Below, one piece after another: positions 39,674 through 53,342 of a stretch of 64,000 nucleotides of DNA (the first letter of the stretch is position 1; each line of letters starts with the position of its first letter). Source of the stretch: Felis catus. Taxonomy: Eukaryota. The translations under genes were made by a program, and so were the position numbers. The notes beneath the pieces were generated by a model that did not search any database, was not told the origin of the DNA, and worked only from the letters and a program-made list of their open reading frames with translations. The stretch lies in assembly GCF_018350175.1 (NCBI RefSeq), contig NC_058368.1, forward strand, positions 67,644,001 through 67,708,000. Direction: 5' to 3'.

Positions 39674-40386
39674 TGTGGGGAATAAGCTTAGAAATTCCCT
39701 GGGCTTACACCAATGGGTTAACAAAGAAAAAAGTACAAAGCCATAGGATGCTCACACCTGAGAAGACAACCAAGAATAGGGAGGTGCAAAGGTGCCCAAT
39801 ACATAGGTATATGAAATAAACAAGATTAGATATATCAGGGTGAAAGCACCTCCCCCCCCCCCCCCAGTTTAGTACTACAGCAGAAAGCTGCTTTCACAGG
39901 AAAGAAGGACCAAGTTAGGTAAACAGGTAAATCGGGATATAGATGGCTGCGCTGCAGGTGAAGCAGCCCACAGCGGAGATGATTAACAAAAGAAAAGTTG
40001 CCTTGTTAACTTTGAGGTTATTTGTCCTACCTGTCTCATCCTTAGGCTAGCTAAGATAAACAGAGGTGGTGCCTCACGTCTGCCATAAACAACCTTCAGC
40101 CTGACTGCCTGGTGCCTAGATTTTGTTTTGTATCAACCCAAACCCCTAACCCCGAATATTTTAAAGACCCCCTTTCCGTCACATCCACAATTTAATGTTC
40201 ACAGATTCATTGTCTCTTTGTGCACGTCCATCGCCATGTTTGTAAGCCTTCTGATCCTAATAAAACTGGGCAAGGACCCTTATTCTGGGCTCTTGTCTTT
40301 TCCCAGACAAGCCATCTCTCATTTTTCATCCTGCGTCCTGCTCTCTTGCTAGACAAGAGAGAACTTTATACCCAGAGTCTACGACA
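39674..40386 (+). mobile_element. Solo ERV LTR (713 bp), probably class II/betaretrovirus-like
   Basis: TG...CA termini (TGTGGGGAATAAGC...CTACGACA), exact 6-bp TSD catgac (39668-39673 and 40387-40392), AATAAA at 40259. Confidence 0.88.
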
Positions 40387-40959
40387 CATGACTGAATGGT
40401 GTTAATGACTTATAAAAGAGGAAAATGGATGATCAAAGATCTTGCCTGATGGTATTTGGCTGCTGTACAATGTCATACTCAGAAACAGAATGCAGTGTGG
40501 AAGAAACAATTTAGGCTCATTTTAGATATCCTTGATCTGTGCTTTATCATATTCGTGAACTTGGACTAATTATTTTATGTGTCCATTCCTGATTTCCTCA
40601 TCTGAAAAGTGAGAGATCTAATCTCTTACGAGTTTTTAAAAAATTAATCGTACTGTATATAAACAGCCTAACACTTTGCCAGACACAGTGTAGGCTAATA
40701 GTTTTATCATCGTCAATCCACCGTCGTGATGATCCTTCTACCACCTTCTACTCAGGTTTGACAGCACAACTAGTCTTTTAAAACTTTTTATTAACACGAA
40801 CGTAATTCTCCTTTACATGACCAATCTTCTGAGCACAACTTATTTGAAAGCCTCTGAAAACTCACTTATGAAGTCAGATACAGTATAAGTAACAACCAAA
40901 TGAATATATTACCAGATTCTATTAACACTTTTTGCTTTGTTCTAAACTGTCCATACCTA

Positions 40960-42400
40960 TTAACTCACCGATAGCTATTTAAGTCCTACGCTTAGCCTCG
41001 GAAACCCAGATCCCCATATTTAACTGTTTTATGACTTGGACACTTCAAAAGCAACATGCTTAATCCTAAGTTTGTGATATTCCTACCCCATCTTTGCCCA
41101 AATCTGGTCCTCTTTACTCTCCTCTTCTCAGCAAACACTGTCCATGCAGCTGGACAAACCATGATCTTACAGTTCTTAGTATCTTTCTCCATCACATATC
41201 CCTATCCAACCTCTCACAATGATCCCTGTATTCTAAGTAATCCACCCCCAAATTTATCCCAACCCTTCCTGAGATCTCACATCAGCTGCCACTTACTGAC
41301 ACTGGGGAGGCCTCTCGCTCTCCCCAGCGCTCACCCCCACCAGATCAGGTCTTCCTGGCACACACCCTTCTTAATCCTACCTACCTTTGCTTCAAAGCAA
41401 TTACAATCATAATTTTTACATTGGTTTTCTAATTTTTTAACGTTTACCTAAGATCCTTAGAAGACACGCAGCGTCTACTTTAGCTCATCTTATCTTCAGA
41501 ATCTAGTGTTTTTCAAAATGTCAGTTGGAACCCATTAGTCAGTAGTGACATCAGATTGAGTAGGTAATGTGAAGTTATTTTTCTAACAATATAAGGTAGA
41601 ATAAAAGACAGTTTTCCAGAATGAATAAAATGTAGTAAACATACAAGTTGTGTATGTGGGAGCTTTTTTTTTTTTTTTTTTTAAAGTTTGAACCTGTCAG
41701 TGTATTCTTACATTATATACTCGTGTACGGGTCCGGATGTAAATAAATTCCGCTGCCTCTGAGCCAGAAATTATAAAATGAAAGAACACAGGTATTGCTC
41801 ACTCTCTATGTCCTGGAAACCTACTCTGTTTGGCTTCTATCAGATGCTCCTCACAGGCTCTACTTCACACCACTGGACCAGCGCCACAGCACCCGCCCTC
41901 ATGCACCGGCTGCTCACTCCGCACTATCAGCTCCCCCTCCTTTTGAAGACCTTTATGCTAAGACACCCACAGCTCTTCCACTCCTCTCCTTTTAACTACG
42001 GACTTCCTGTTCAGCCCACTACTGGACCCTGTCATCTGAATGACATCATCAAATGCAAGCAATCCATTTCACTTCAGTCTCTTTATTCTGGAACTCGATC
42101 TTCAACCCGAAAACATACTTACATGTTTTACATTCTCTCTATTCAGGCTCAAAGCTGGATGTCTTAAGCCATCTTTGACTCCTTTCATCTCCTAAACATT
42201 TGCTAAATCCAGCCTTCCTGATGCCCTCTGCCACAGTCACAGTGCAATCTCTCACTGTATGATTTCAAAGAGGTCTTAGCATGAGCTCCTGTTTCTAGTC
42301 CATTGAAATCCATCTGACACAGACATCAGCCAGATCCATTAAAACGGATCGCACGTTCTGTTTATAGGCCTTCAAAAGCATCATCTACAATTATCACCTG
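40960..42400 (-). mobile_element. L2 relics (fragmented)
   Basis: C/T-rich antisense L2-like text (gacttggacacttcaaaagcaacatg, catctttgactcctt); boundaries are approximate. Confidence 0.45.
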
Positions 42401-42465
42401 TAATTATCTTTTATAAATTAGGGGATCCTTGGAGAACATTTTGAAGAAGAAAGTAGAATGGTGCT

Positions 42466-42672
42466 TGCCTACAACAGTTGGAGAAACTGGGGAGAAGTGG
42501 GGAGTTGACTGTTAATGGGCACGTGACTTTCTTTCTGAGGTGATGAAAATACTCTAAAGTTGTGGAACAGTTAAAAAAACTCAGAAAATATGCTAAAACC
42601 CATTAAATGGTACATTTTAAAGGGATGAATTGTATAGTATGTCAACTGTCTCAATAAGCTGTTAATAAAAAG
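42466..42672 (+). mobile_element. Old L1M 3'UTR fragment
   Basis: ggggagttgactgttaatgggcac...gaggtgatgaaaatactctaaa...ctaaaacccattaaatggtacattttaaa...tctcaataagctgtt. Confidence 0.7.
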
Positions 42673-43016
42673 TTGAGTGATAGAAACTATAGATTACACA
42701 GAAAAATGATGTCCCCATGACTGACTAAAAATTACAAGTATTAAAGAAAATAAACCGAAAAGCAGTTACAGTTCAAACTAAATTTTGGTCATAAGATATG
42801 TGCTTATAGGATGTCAGCACAGAGGCCGTTCTAAGCTACAGTGAAATATGCAATGTTCTATTAAGATCAAAATTTTAAACAGAAGAAAACTAATGATTTC
42901 CTGGACTGACTAGTCAAGATTTTTAATCACTGTTAAAGACAACTTGAAATGTGATTTACTACTGGAGATGAACCTATAAGATAAATCAGTGTATACTTTA
43001 AAAATGATAAGAGCAT

Positions 43017-43239
43017 GGGGCGCCTGGGTGGCGCAGTCGGTTAAGCCTCCGACTTCAGCCAGGTCACGATCTCGCGGTCCGTGAGTTCGAGCCCCGCGTC
43101 GGGCTCTGGGCTGATGGCTCAGAGCCTGGAGCCTGTTTCCAATTCTGTGTCTCCCTCTCTCTCTCTGCCCCTCCCCCGTTCATGCTCTGTCTCTCTCTGT
43201 CCCAAAAATAAATAAAAAACGTTGAAAAAAAATTTAAAA
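43017..43239 (+). mobile_element. Young SINEC_Fc-type SINE
   Basis: CpG-rich near-consensus body; perfect 16-bp TSD aaaaatgataagagca (43000-43015 and 43240-43255). Confidence 0.96.
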
Positions 43240-43453
43240 AAAAATGATAAGAGCAAATAACTATATTTCACATAATTTTAACTCTAATAAACATAACCAT
43301 ATGATCTGCTTGACAGCCTTTTAATTAAATATGAATTTCGACAAAAATTCACATCAGTTAACTATTACCTATGAAATAATTTATATCATATTACATAAAA
43401 GCTTATTGAACAGAGATCAGTTACCAAAATGCTGTGTTATAGAAGTACTGTAC

Positions 43454-43554
43454 CTTGCAGTTCCCAGACTTTCAAAGGCATCATTTCTTTGCTACTCTCA
43501 ATCAGGTATTTTTGGAATGCTGTCAGGTTATCTCTAAGATCTGAATATCTTTCT
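43454..43554 (-). CDS. UGGT2: UGGT2 coding exon (~exon 8, 101 nt): (K)ERYSDLRDNLTAFQKYLIESSKEMMPLKVWELQ(D)
   Basis: Acceptor atgcag, donor gtacag; PLKVWELQD motif. Confidence 0.96.
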
Positions 43555-44090
43555 CTGCATTAGAATATTAAGTCATGTTAATTGTCATCACCGACTACAA
43601 ATTATACAAGCAGTATATTTTTGAAATTAACTTTCTCAAACTAGACACAAAAACCTGTTCCATCCAGATAATAAATTATGATACAGCTATATCCACAGAA
43701 CTTAAAAATAATGAGGTATATATGTCCACTTTTTTAAATATAGGAAACAACCCAAAATCTGGAGGGATGTACTCTCAATTGTTACTATGTTAACATTAAC
43801 TAAAAGGGATTGAAGGACGAGGGCAGAATCATTAGCTTTTTACATTCTATACTTTTTAACATTTTATAAATTACAAGTATTGCCTTTATAATTTAAAACA
43901 AAACTATTTTATAAGGAAAACATTAATGCTTCCTATACAACCTTAGAGTTCCATCTTTGAAACTTATAAAAATCTTCAGTAAGACAATTTTGCCCAATGT
44001 TAAACACATCTAGGTATCTTTTTAGAATGCCAAATAATAACGTAGTAGCAATGACATTTTACTATACATATGATATACACTATAACTTCA

Positions 44091-44280
44091 GGGCACATGG
44101 GTGGCTCATTTGGTTGAGCATCTGACTCCTGTTTTTGGCTCAGGTCATGATCCCAGGGTTGTGGGATTGAGCCCCACATCAGGCTCCATGTTGAGTGTGG
44201 AGCCTGCGTAAGTCTCTCTCTCCCCCTCTCTCCCTTTGTCCTCTTCCTCTGTTCGTGCTGTCTCTCAAAAATTAAAAAAA
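44091..44280 (+). mobile_element. Can-SINE (older subfamily)
   Basis: Typical body; TSD actataacttc. Confidence 0.9.
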
Positions 44281-45839
44281 GTAAACTATAACTTCTTTTT
44301 TCTAACTCATGAAATCAAGACACAATGCCATTTCAGATTTAAATTCTTTTTTTTAAAAAACCTTACCACCAACACAACTCACAAAACACATATTTCAACA
44401 GCAAAAAGATTTTAAAAAGAGGAAAAAATATACAGAACACACAGAAATGCATTAATCATATGGTTAACACTAAGTAAATACACCACAGTGTTGATTTTAT
44501 GCAATTTTAGTACAACACGGGGGCACGTTTTAAAAATGAATGAAGACTGACTACAACTGTTACGGTGAAAGGGCAATAGAACCTCTTCCAAAAGGAAGTT
44601 CAGTTCACTATGAACTAAATTAACTCCTCCTTTATCAATTTAATTACAGAGCAATATTAAGTTTATAAGAGCTATATTACTGGTTTTCATATTTAATAAT
44701 AATCTTAAATTTCACTGCTAAATTTATGTAAATCAGACAAAAATACATTATTCATATAATACCTCAAAGCAAAGGGTTTTGCTTAAATCAACTGAATAGC
44801 TGTGTAAGAACTAATTTTGAGTACCTCCTCTTTTAAAAATGGCTCCCAAGGCTTTTTGTAGAATGTGCAACTTATTCCCATAAAAAGTTTTATGTTTAAA
44901 AAAGAATAGAACTGTGGATTCCACGAGGCTGAGATACAGCTGACAATGGAATAAAAGTGTATTATTATCTACTAAATACCTTACTTAGAATAAATCCATT
45001 TTTCAAGATTCGCGAACTTTTCAAGGCCAATTAGCACACCACTGTGCCAATACTTTAAAATATAACTCCGTCATCTATATAAATTAGCACAGTCTCCACA
45101 AACGTTCCCTGCTCCGTAGAGTACCTACTCGCCAGGAGAACTGACCTTAGTGTCCTTTATAAATACTTGCAACATTAAGTAAAACTTAAAGCTATTAATA
45201 AAAACTGTCCTTTACCTGTAATTAATTTTGCCTTTGTAATGAAGCCACAAACTTTCCCTTCTTGTAACGAAGGGAAAGCACATATAAAACGACAACAATC
45301 CCCATTCATGAGCATTCAGAGAGCACTCACCATCCCATTCTTGGTCTCCAATCAGTGATGCAAGACAGAAAAAGAGGGGGGGACAACTTTAATATCTGAA
45401 AAGTTACTTATAGGTGTATATGAGATTAAGACGAGATATTAAAAGGTTTTCGATATGGCAATCTGCACATAGAAATTTAAGAAAAATACATATTTTCTTT
45501 TGACACATAAAAATTTTGATTACTTCATGCAAACAACCCAATACTAACCATGATTTTTCTAACCCAGTAGATCTGTGAAAGATGCTCTAATGTTTTGTTT
45601 TTTTTGACAAAGTTTGATCATTTCTAATTTCTATTTTTCTAATCATACTCATCATATGTGAAATTAGTGATTATTTTTCAATTTTGTGTTTTGCATTAGC
45701 CATGTATTACTTTTGTAATAAATAAAACCAATTACATGTATATTTTAAGAACTGAAACATGTGCCAACAGAGCACACTGAATTCCTTTAAGAACAAACTT
45801 AAGGTACAGTAATAGAACTTCATTTCCATTCAGACTTAC

Positions 45840-45912
45840 TTTAGTTTCCCGAAGAGAAATCCTTGAACTTCATTTGTTTCAATCCCATCCTCTACGGTAG
45901 CATTAGTCACTG
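45840..45912 (-). CDS. UGGT2: UGGT2 coding exon (~exon 7, 73 nt): (T)VTNATVEDGIETNEVQGFLFGKL(K)
   Basis: Acceptor aaatag followed by a tandem CAG, donor gtaagt; EVQGFLFGKLK motif; phases 1 and 2 fit the neighbouring exons. Confidence 0.94.
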
Positions 45913-48326
45913 CTATTTTGGAAATGAAACAATACAAAAACATTTTCAGACTGGAAAAGGGAGATGTAATAAAAAATTAGAAGAACACGAGATTAGATTC
46001 CTTTTGTTTTACCTTGTTCTTCTTTCACGCATCAGCTGATACACGCATGTGCACATGCTTTTATTTCCGACTGTGCTCTTTTTAAACAGGCTTGGATCGT
46101 TAAATATTTAACAAATGCTTTACAGATTATTTCACAGTCAAGTTCTATTTTATAACCAGAATGATAAGCCAAAGTGGCTGCAACAAATCCTGGGCTTAGC
46201 TCTTAAGCCAGGCAGGAGCGCCAAACCCTAACAAATATAAGCATGCATGCATATTTCCAATGCCTTTAAAGATAATCAAGAAATCTTTAGGAAGAACCCA
46301 AACTCATGGCCTCAAAAAGTAAGGATATAACATTTTACAGTCATCTCTCCCTTTCCTTCTCCATTACTCACCAAATAATACAACATACAGGGCCGTAAAT
46401 GGTACATGTAAAGGGTTCTTGGGGTCACAAGAACTCGTGACCTCCTACAGCATGGGGCTGCTTTCGGGGTACACCAGTGCCCCTCAAGTACACTCCTCCC
46501 CTCTCTCTCTTCTGAAGGCCCACACCTCAGGGCTTCAGCTAAAAGTGCTGGGTGTTTGGATCTAGTCCTCCTTCTCCTCCCTTTTAGTCCTTCATCACAC
46601 AAACATTTGCTGGCTGTTTGCTAAGACTCCTGCCACATACACACCAGGAAGAGAGACACAAAAGAAAGAAACTCCAGTTGGGGGAAAGGAGAGAGACAAA
46701 TAGACAATTTTAAGGCACTGTGTAAAGTTTTCATGAAAGCAGCACACAACACATGGACTGTAGAAAGGAGAAAACCACCTTCGACAGAGACAAGGGTAGG
46801 CAGCCGTCTCACAGGTACTAATGGATAGAAGTTTTAAAAGATGCGTAGGCTTTGATGAAAGGAAAGTGGGAGAAGACGGAAGGTTTCAGGAAGAGGCAAC
46901 AGCATATGCTAAGGGATAAAAGTACTCTATAGAGGTCATAAAGGCTTCACATGGAGCCAAACATGGAGGCATCCAGGGAACAGAAAATTATTCTGTATAG
47001 TAGTTTAGTGTTGCAGAACCAGAGGGTACAAATGAGAGGCTATGGGAGAGTGATAAGGCAGAAAGAGGCTGGAGTATGAAAGCTTTATTTGCAACGCCAT
47101 GGTACTGTAATTTATGAGGGAGGTTATGGGGAGCCACTAAGGGATTTTAACCAGTAGTATCACGAAGTTAGATTTTCAGCATAAGGCACTCAATCTGAAA
47201 GCACTGTCAAGAATATCCATTAATTTATATGGGGGAGGAGGGAGGGCCAAGTTACAGAAGGCCAAAGATCAGAGAGAAGGCCAGTTAGAAGTCTGACACA
47301 TGTATACAAAGGGAAAAAAATGAACTGAGTTAAATATGTAATATAGATCATTCATGTGATCACCGGAGTTTTAAATTTTTTTTCACCTAACATTTTTTAA
47401 ATTATTTTTTTTCAATTTCCTTTTTTTTCACCTGACATTTTAAAGAAAACTCCACAAGCCCAAGGATAGCTAGAAAATGCCTGTTACTATTATAACTGTA
47501 AACTAAGATATTAAATTATAAAGCATTATAAGGCTATATATAAGCAACATAGAAATACATAAAATCTGACTATTACTTTTCCAGTAACTCTTTAACTGGT
47601 AGGACTTAACAGGAATACAGATCTTTATCTGAAGCACATTCAGGAGGAATGGCCAGAGAGAAGTCTGATCAGGGCAGGGCCTCCAGGACCAGATCCTGGA
47701 TAGAAAAATAAAGTTGAAGCAGAAGCCACATCTGAGAGCCTATAAAAAAATGAATTAAAAACTCTTAACCAAGAATCAGGTATAAATAAATTTCAGATGA
47801 ACCAGAGAAGAAAAGATTTTCCTAAGAATCTGAAAACTTATTCATCTTGTTCAGATCTCCAGAGTCCTTCATCTGGGGCCTGCAGTTAAAATGCACAACC
47901 ATGGACAGATATCAGTTTGTAGACACAAATCTAATCAATCTACTTCATCCAATGTAGCAATTCACAGGCCTCTCCTGTCTCACTTCAAGAACAGCATCAT
48001 CATCCTAACTCTTTTATGATTACTTGAGACAAAGCTCCCTAAGACCATGTGTTGCCAATGACTTTCAGATTTACTGAGATACTGATCCCCTGAGACACCC
48101 GGTCCTCATCCTGGAGGTGGCTGGGCACATCATGGCCAGTCACCTCCAGTCATAACCAGCCTCGTTACCTCAGTGTGCCTCGCACATGTTACCATTTTTT
48201 ATATGTTGCTGAAAATGGTTGGGAAGCCACTGGATAAAGGAAAATAATATGCTATTTCAAATTTCTAAAAAAGTTTTTGGGAGCACAATATTAAACATAT
48301 TTCTTTCAGTTTAAAATTAAATTCTA

Positions 48327-51300
48327 CAAAATAGAAGGAGAGATAAAAAGTTTCCCAGACAAACAAAAATTAAAGGAGTTTGTGACCACTAAACCAGCCC
48401 TGCAAGAAATAAGAAATTTTAAGGGGGACTCTCTGAGGGGAGAAAAGATGAAAAAAATATATATATATGTATATAAATATACATATATACATACATATAT
48501 GTATATATGTGTGTGTATATATATATATATATATATACACACACAAAAGCAACAAAGATTAGAAAGGACCAGAGACCACCACCAGAAACTCCAACTCTAC
48601 AAGCATCATAATGGCAATAAATTCTTATCTTTCAGTACTCACTCTAAACGTCAATGGACTCAATGCTTCAATCAAAAGACACAGGGTAACAGAATGGATC
48701 AGAAAACAAGACCCATCCGTATGCTATTTACAAGAGACCCACTTTAGACCTAAAGACACCTTCATATTGAAAATAAGGGGATGGAGAACCATCTTTCATG
48801 CTAATGGTCAACAAAAGAAAGCTGGAGTAGCCATACTTATATCAGACAATCTAGACTTTAAAGACTGTAGCAAGAGATGCAGAAGGGCATTATATCATAA
48901 TCAAGGGGTCTGTCCACCAAGAAGACCTAACAACTGTAAACATTTATGCGCCAAATGTGGAAGCACCCAAATATATGTTAATTAATCACAAACATAAAGA
49001 AACTCATCGATAGTAATACTGTAATAGTAGGAGACTTCAACACCCCACTCACAACAATGGACAGATCATCTAATCAAAAATTCAACAAGGAAACAACGGC
49101 TTTGAATGACATACTGGACCAGATGGACTTAACAGATATATTCAGAACAATTTCATCCTAAAGCAGCAGAATATACATTCTTCTCCAGTGCACATGGAAT
49201 GTTCTCCAGAACAGACCATATACTGGGACACAAATCAGCCCTAAGTAAGTACAAAAAGATTGAGATCATACCGTGCATATTTTCAGACCACAACGCTATG
49301 AAACTCAAAATCAACCACAAGAAAAAACTGGGAAAGGTAAAACATACTTGGAGACTGAAAAACATTCTACTAAAGAATGAATGGGCCAACCAAGCAGTTA
49401 AAGAGGAAATTAAAAAGTATATGGAAGTCAATGAAAATGATAAAACCACAGCCCCAAACCTCTGGGATGCAGCAAAGGCAGTCATAAGAGGGAAGTATAT
49501 AGCAATCCAGGACTTCCTAAAGAAGGAAGAAAGATCTCAGATACACAACCTAACCTTACGCCTTAAGGAGCTGGGAAAAGAACAGCAAATAAAACCCCAA
49601 ACCAACAGAAGACAGGAAATAATAAACAGTAGAGCAGAAACCAATGCTATCGAAACAAAACAACAAAAAGGAATCAAACAAAAAACCCCAGTAGAATAGT
49701 TCAATGAAACCAGAAGCTGGTTCTTTAAAAGAATTAACAAAATAAATCACTAGCCAGTTTGATAAAAAAGAAAAATGGAAAGCCCCAAATAAAATCAAGA
49801 ATGAAAAAGGAGAGATTACAACCAACACAGCAGAAATAAAAATAATAAGAGAATATTATAAGCAATTATATGCCAGTAAAATGGGCAATCTGGAAGAAAT
49901 GTAAAAATTCCTAGAAACATATAAACTACCAAAACAAACAGGAAGAAATAGAAAATTTGAACAGACCTATCACCAGTAAAGAAATCGAATTAGTAATCAA
50001 AAATCTCCCCAAAAACAAGAGTCCAGGGCCAGGTGGCTTTCCAAGGGAATTCTACCAAACATTTAAGGAAGAGTTAACACCTATTCTCTTGAAGCTGTTC
50101 CAAAAAATAGAAATGGAAGGAAAACTTCCAAACTCTTCTATGAAGCCAGTGTTACCTTGATTCCAAAACAAGACAAAGACCCCACTAAAAAAGGAGAACT
50201 ATGGACCAATTTCCCTGATGAACATGGATGCAAAAATCCTCAACAAGATATTAGCCAACTGGATCCAACAATACATTAAAAAAATTATTCACCACGACCA
50301 AGCGGGATTTATACCTGGGATGCAGGGCTGGTTCAATATCTGCAAAACAACTAATGCGATTCATCACATCAATAAAAGAAAGGACAAGAACCATACGATC
50401 CTCTCAATAGGTGCAGAGAAAGCATTTGACAAAATACAGCATCCTTTCTTGATAAAAAACCCTCAAGAAGGTAGGGATAGAAGGAGCATACCTCGAGATC
50501 ATAAAAGCCATATATGAATGAGCCAATGCTAATATCATTCTCAATGGGGAAAAACTGAGCTTTTCCCCTAAGGACAGGAGCAAGACAGGGATGTCGACTC
50601 TCACCACGATTATTCAACATAGTATTGGAAGTCTTAGCCTCTGCTATCAGACAACACAAAGAAATAAAAGGCATCCAAGTCGGCCAGGAGGAGGTCAAAC
50701 TTTCACTCTTCACAGATGACATGACACTCTATATGGAAAACCCAAAAGATTCCACAAAAAGCTGCTAGAATTGATTCATGAATTCAGCAAAGTTGCAGGA
50801 TAGAAAATCAATGCACAGAAATCAGTTGTATTCCTCTACACCAACAATGAAGCGACAGAAAGAGAAATCAAGGAATCGATCCCATTTACAGTTGCACAAA
50901 AAACCATAAAATACCTAGGAATAAATCTAACCAAAGAGGTGAAAAATCTATACACTGAAAACTATAGAAAGCTTATGAAAGAAGACACAAAAAAAAAAAA
51001 AAATGGAAAAAGATTCCATGCTCCTAGATAGGAAGAACAAATATTGTTAAAATGTTGATACTACCCAAAGCAATCTCATTATTCAGTGCAATCCCTATCA
51101 AAGTAACACCAGCATTCTTCACAGAGCTAGAACAAATAATCCTAAAATCTGTATGGAACCTGAAAAGACCCTGAATAGCCAAAGTGATCTTGAAAAAGAA
51201 AACCAAAGCAAGAGGCATCACAATCCCAGACTTCAAGCTACACTACAAAGCTGTAATTACCAAGACAGTATGGTACTGGCACAAGAACAGACACTCAGAT

Positions 51301-52699
51301 CAATGGAACAGAATAGAGAACCCAGAAATGGACCTAGAAACGTATGGCGAACTAATTTTTGACAAAGCAGGAAAGAATATCCAATGGAATAAAGACAGTC
51401 TCTTCAGCAAGTGGTGCTGGGAAAACTGGACAGCGACATGGGGAAGAATGAACCTGGACCACTTTCTTATACTATACACAAAAATAAACTCAAAATGAAT
51501 GAAAGACCTCAATGTAAGACAGGATGCCACCAAAATCCTTGAGAAGAAAGCAGGCAAAAACCTCTCTGACCTTGGCTGCGGCAACTTCTTACTCAACACG
51601 TCTCCAGAGGCAAAGGAAACAAAAGCAAAAATGAACTACTGGGACCTCATCAAAATAAAAAGCTTCTGCACAGTGAAGGAAACAATCAGCAAAACTAAAA
51701 GGCAATCGACAGAATGGGAGAAGATATTTGCAAATGACATATCAGATAAAGGGTTAGTATCCAAAATCTATAAAGAATTTATCAAACTCAACACCCAAAA
51801 AACAAATAATCCAGTGAAGAAATGGGCAAAAGACATGAAGAGACACGTTTCCAAAGAAGACATGCAGATGGCCAACTGACACGTGAAAAAATGCTCATCA
51901 TCACTCATCATCAGGGAAATACAAATCAAAACCACACTGAGATACCACCTCATACCTGTCAGAATGGCTAACATTTACAACTCAGGCAACAACAGATGTT
52001 GGCGAGGATGTGGAGAAAGAGGAGCTCTTTTGCATTGTTGGTGGGAATGCAAGCTGGTGCAGTCACTCTGGAAAACAGTATGGAGGTTCCTCAAAAAACT
52101 AAAAGTAGAACTACCCTATGACCCAGCAATTACACTACTAGGCATTTCTCCACGGGATACAGGTGTGCTGTTTCGAAGGGACACATGCACCCCCATGTTT
52201 ATAGCAGCACTATCAACAATAGCTAAAGTATGGAAAGAGCCCAGATGTCCATTGATGGATGAATGGATAAAGAAGATGTGGTGTGTGTATACATACACAC
52301 ACACACAATGGAGTATTACTCGGCAATCAAAAAGAATGAAATCTTGCCATTTGCAACTTCGTGGATGGAACTGGAGGGTATTCTGCTAAGTGAAATTAGT
52401 CAGAGAAAGACACAAATGATATGACTTCACTCATATGAGGACTTTAAGAGACAAAACAGATGAACATAAGGGAAGAGAAGCAAAAATAATATAAAAACAG
52501 GGAGGGGGACAAAACAGAAGAGACTCATAAATATGGAGAACTGAGGGTTACTGGAGGGGTTGTGGGAGGGGGGCTGGGCTAAATGGGTAAGGGGCGCTAA
52601 GGAATCTACTTCTGAAATCATTGTTTCACTATATGCTAACTAATTTGGATGTAAATTTAAAAAAAAATTTAAAAATTCAAAAAATAATAAAATTAAATT
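48327..52699 (+). mobile_element. 5'-truncated LINE-1 (end of ORF1, inter-ORF TA/CA microsatellite, disrupted ORF2 from 48611, 3'UTR, A-rich tail)
   Basis: ORF2 endonuclease, RT and C-terminal peptides in the ORF track; TSD aaattaaattcta (48314-48326) / aaattaaactcta (52700-52712). Confidence 0.95.
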
Positions 52700-52731
52700 A
52701 AATTAAACTCTAAACTAAGGAGAACATGTCT

Positions 52732-52905
52732 AACCCAAAAGATCAGAAGGATCGTGAGGCCCCGCTTTCACGGTTTGTGTTTGTACTGAAAATCAAGATC
52801 AAGCGAGCTTTTGCCCTTCTGCTCCACTGGAGGTTCCTGCCCTCCCTGAGCTCACCTTAGGACACTTGCATTACAGTTTGACAGGTGTAATGCCCCAAAC
52901 TCCCC
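52732..52905 (-). pseudogene. 28S rRNA fragment (domain V, P-loop region onward), degenerate dispersed copy
   Basis: Reverse complement matches mammalian 28S ...ACACCTGTCAAAC...GGAGCAGAAGGGCAAAAGCTCGCTTGATCTTGATTTTCAGTAC...CCGTGAAAGCGGGGCCTCACGATCCTTCTGA.CTTTTGGGTT, with CpG-type substitutions and a small deletion. Confidence 0.92.
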
Positions 52906-53007
52906 TCAAATTATCATACATAAGACTATAGTCATTACATTTTTAAAAGAACAAAGTTTGTAAGCCTCCAAGTTTTTATTCTATTCAAGTACAGAGAGTA
53001 AACTTAC

Positions 53008-53104
53008 TTTTAACTTGAGTATCATCCAAAGCTTTGTATTCTGTACTCTTAATTGCTAGCTCCACACCGTAGCCAGATAAGTACATTTTCTGTGAGACTG
53101 GTTT
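53008..53104 (-). CDS. UGGT2: UGGT2 coding exon (~exon 6, 97 nt): KPVSQKMYLSGYGVELAIKSTEYKALDDTQVK
   Basis: Acceptor gaacag, donor gtaagt; carries the conserved UGGT motif LSGYGVELAIKSTEYKA. Confidence 0.97.
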
Positions 53105-53342
53105 CTGTTCAAACACATTTATTTTTTTAAAAAGAGAAAATACTGATTCAAACATCTTCTTTTAAATTCAATATGTTTATTAGGACATTAGAGTAAATTA
53201 TTAATATTGACTTTTTAAATCACTGAATTATTATTTAGGGGATATTTATACTCTCTCTAGACAGTTTATCAAGGACCCAGAATTTGGTTGATTACCACTT
53301 CTTTACTTTCTAAAAACTTCGCAATGACTCTAATGTTTTAAT

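Noticed and set aside
45216..45380. Two minus-strand donor-like sites (cag|gtaaag, atg|gtgagt) near exon ~7; possible cryptic exon or snoRNA
   Set aside because: No good acceptor, and no properly placed C/D or H/ACA boxes with a terminal stem.
52700..52905. 28S fragment as an L1 3' transduction or L1-rRNA chimera
   Set aside because: It lies outside the L1 TSD, on the opposite strand, with no following poly(A).
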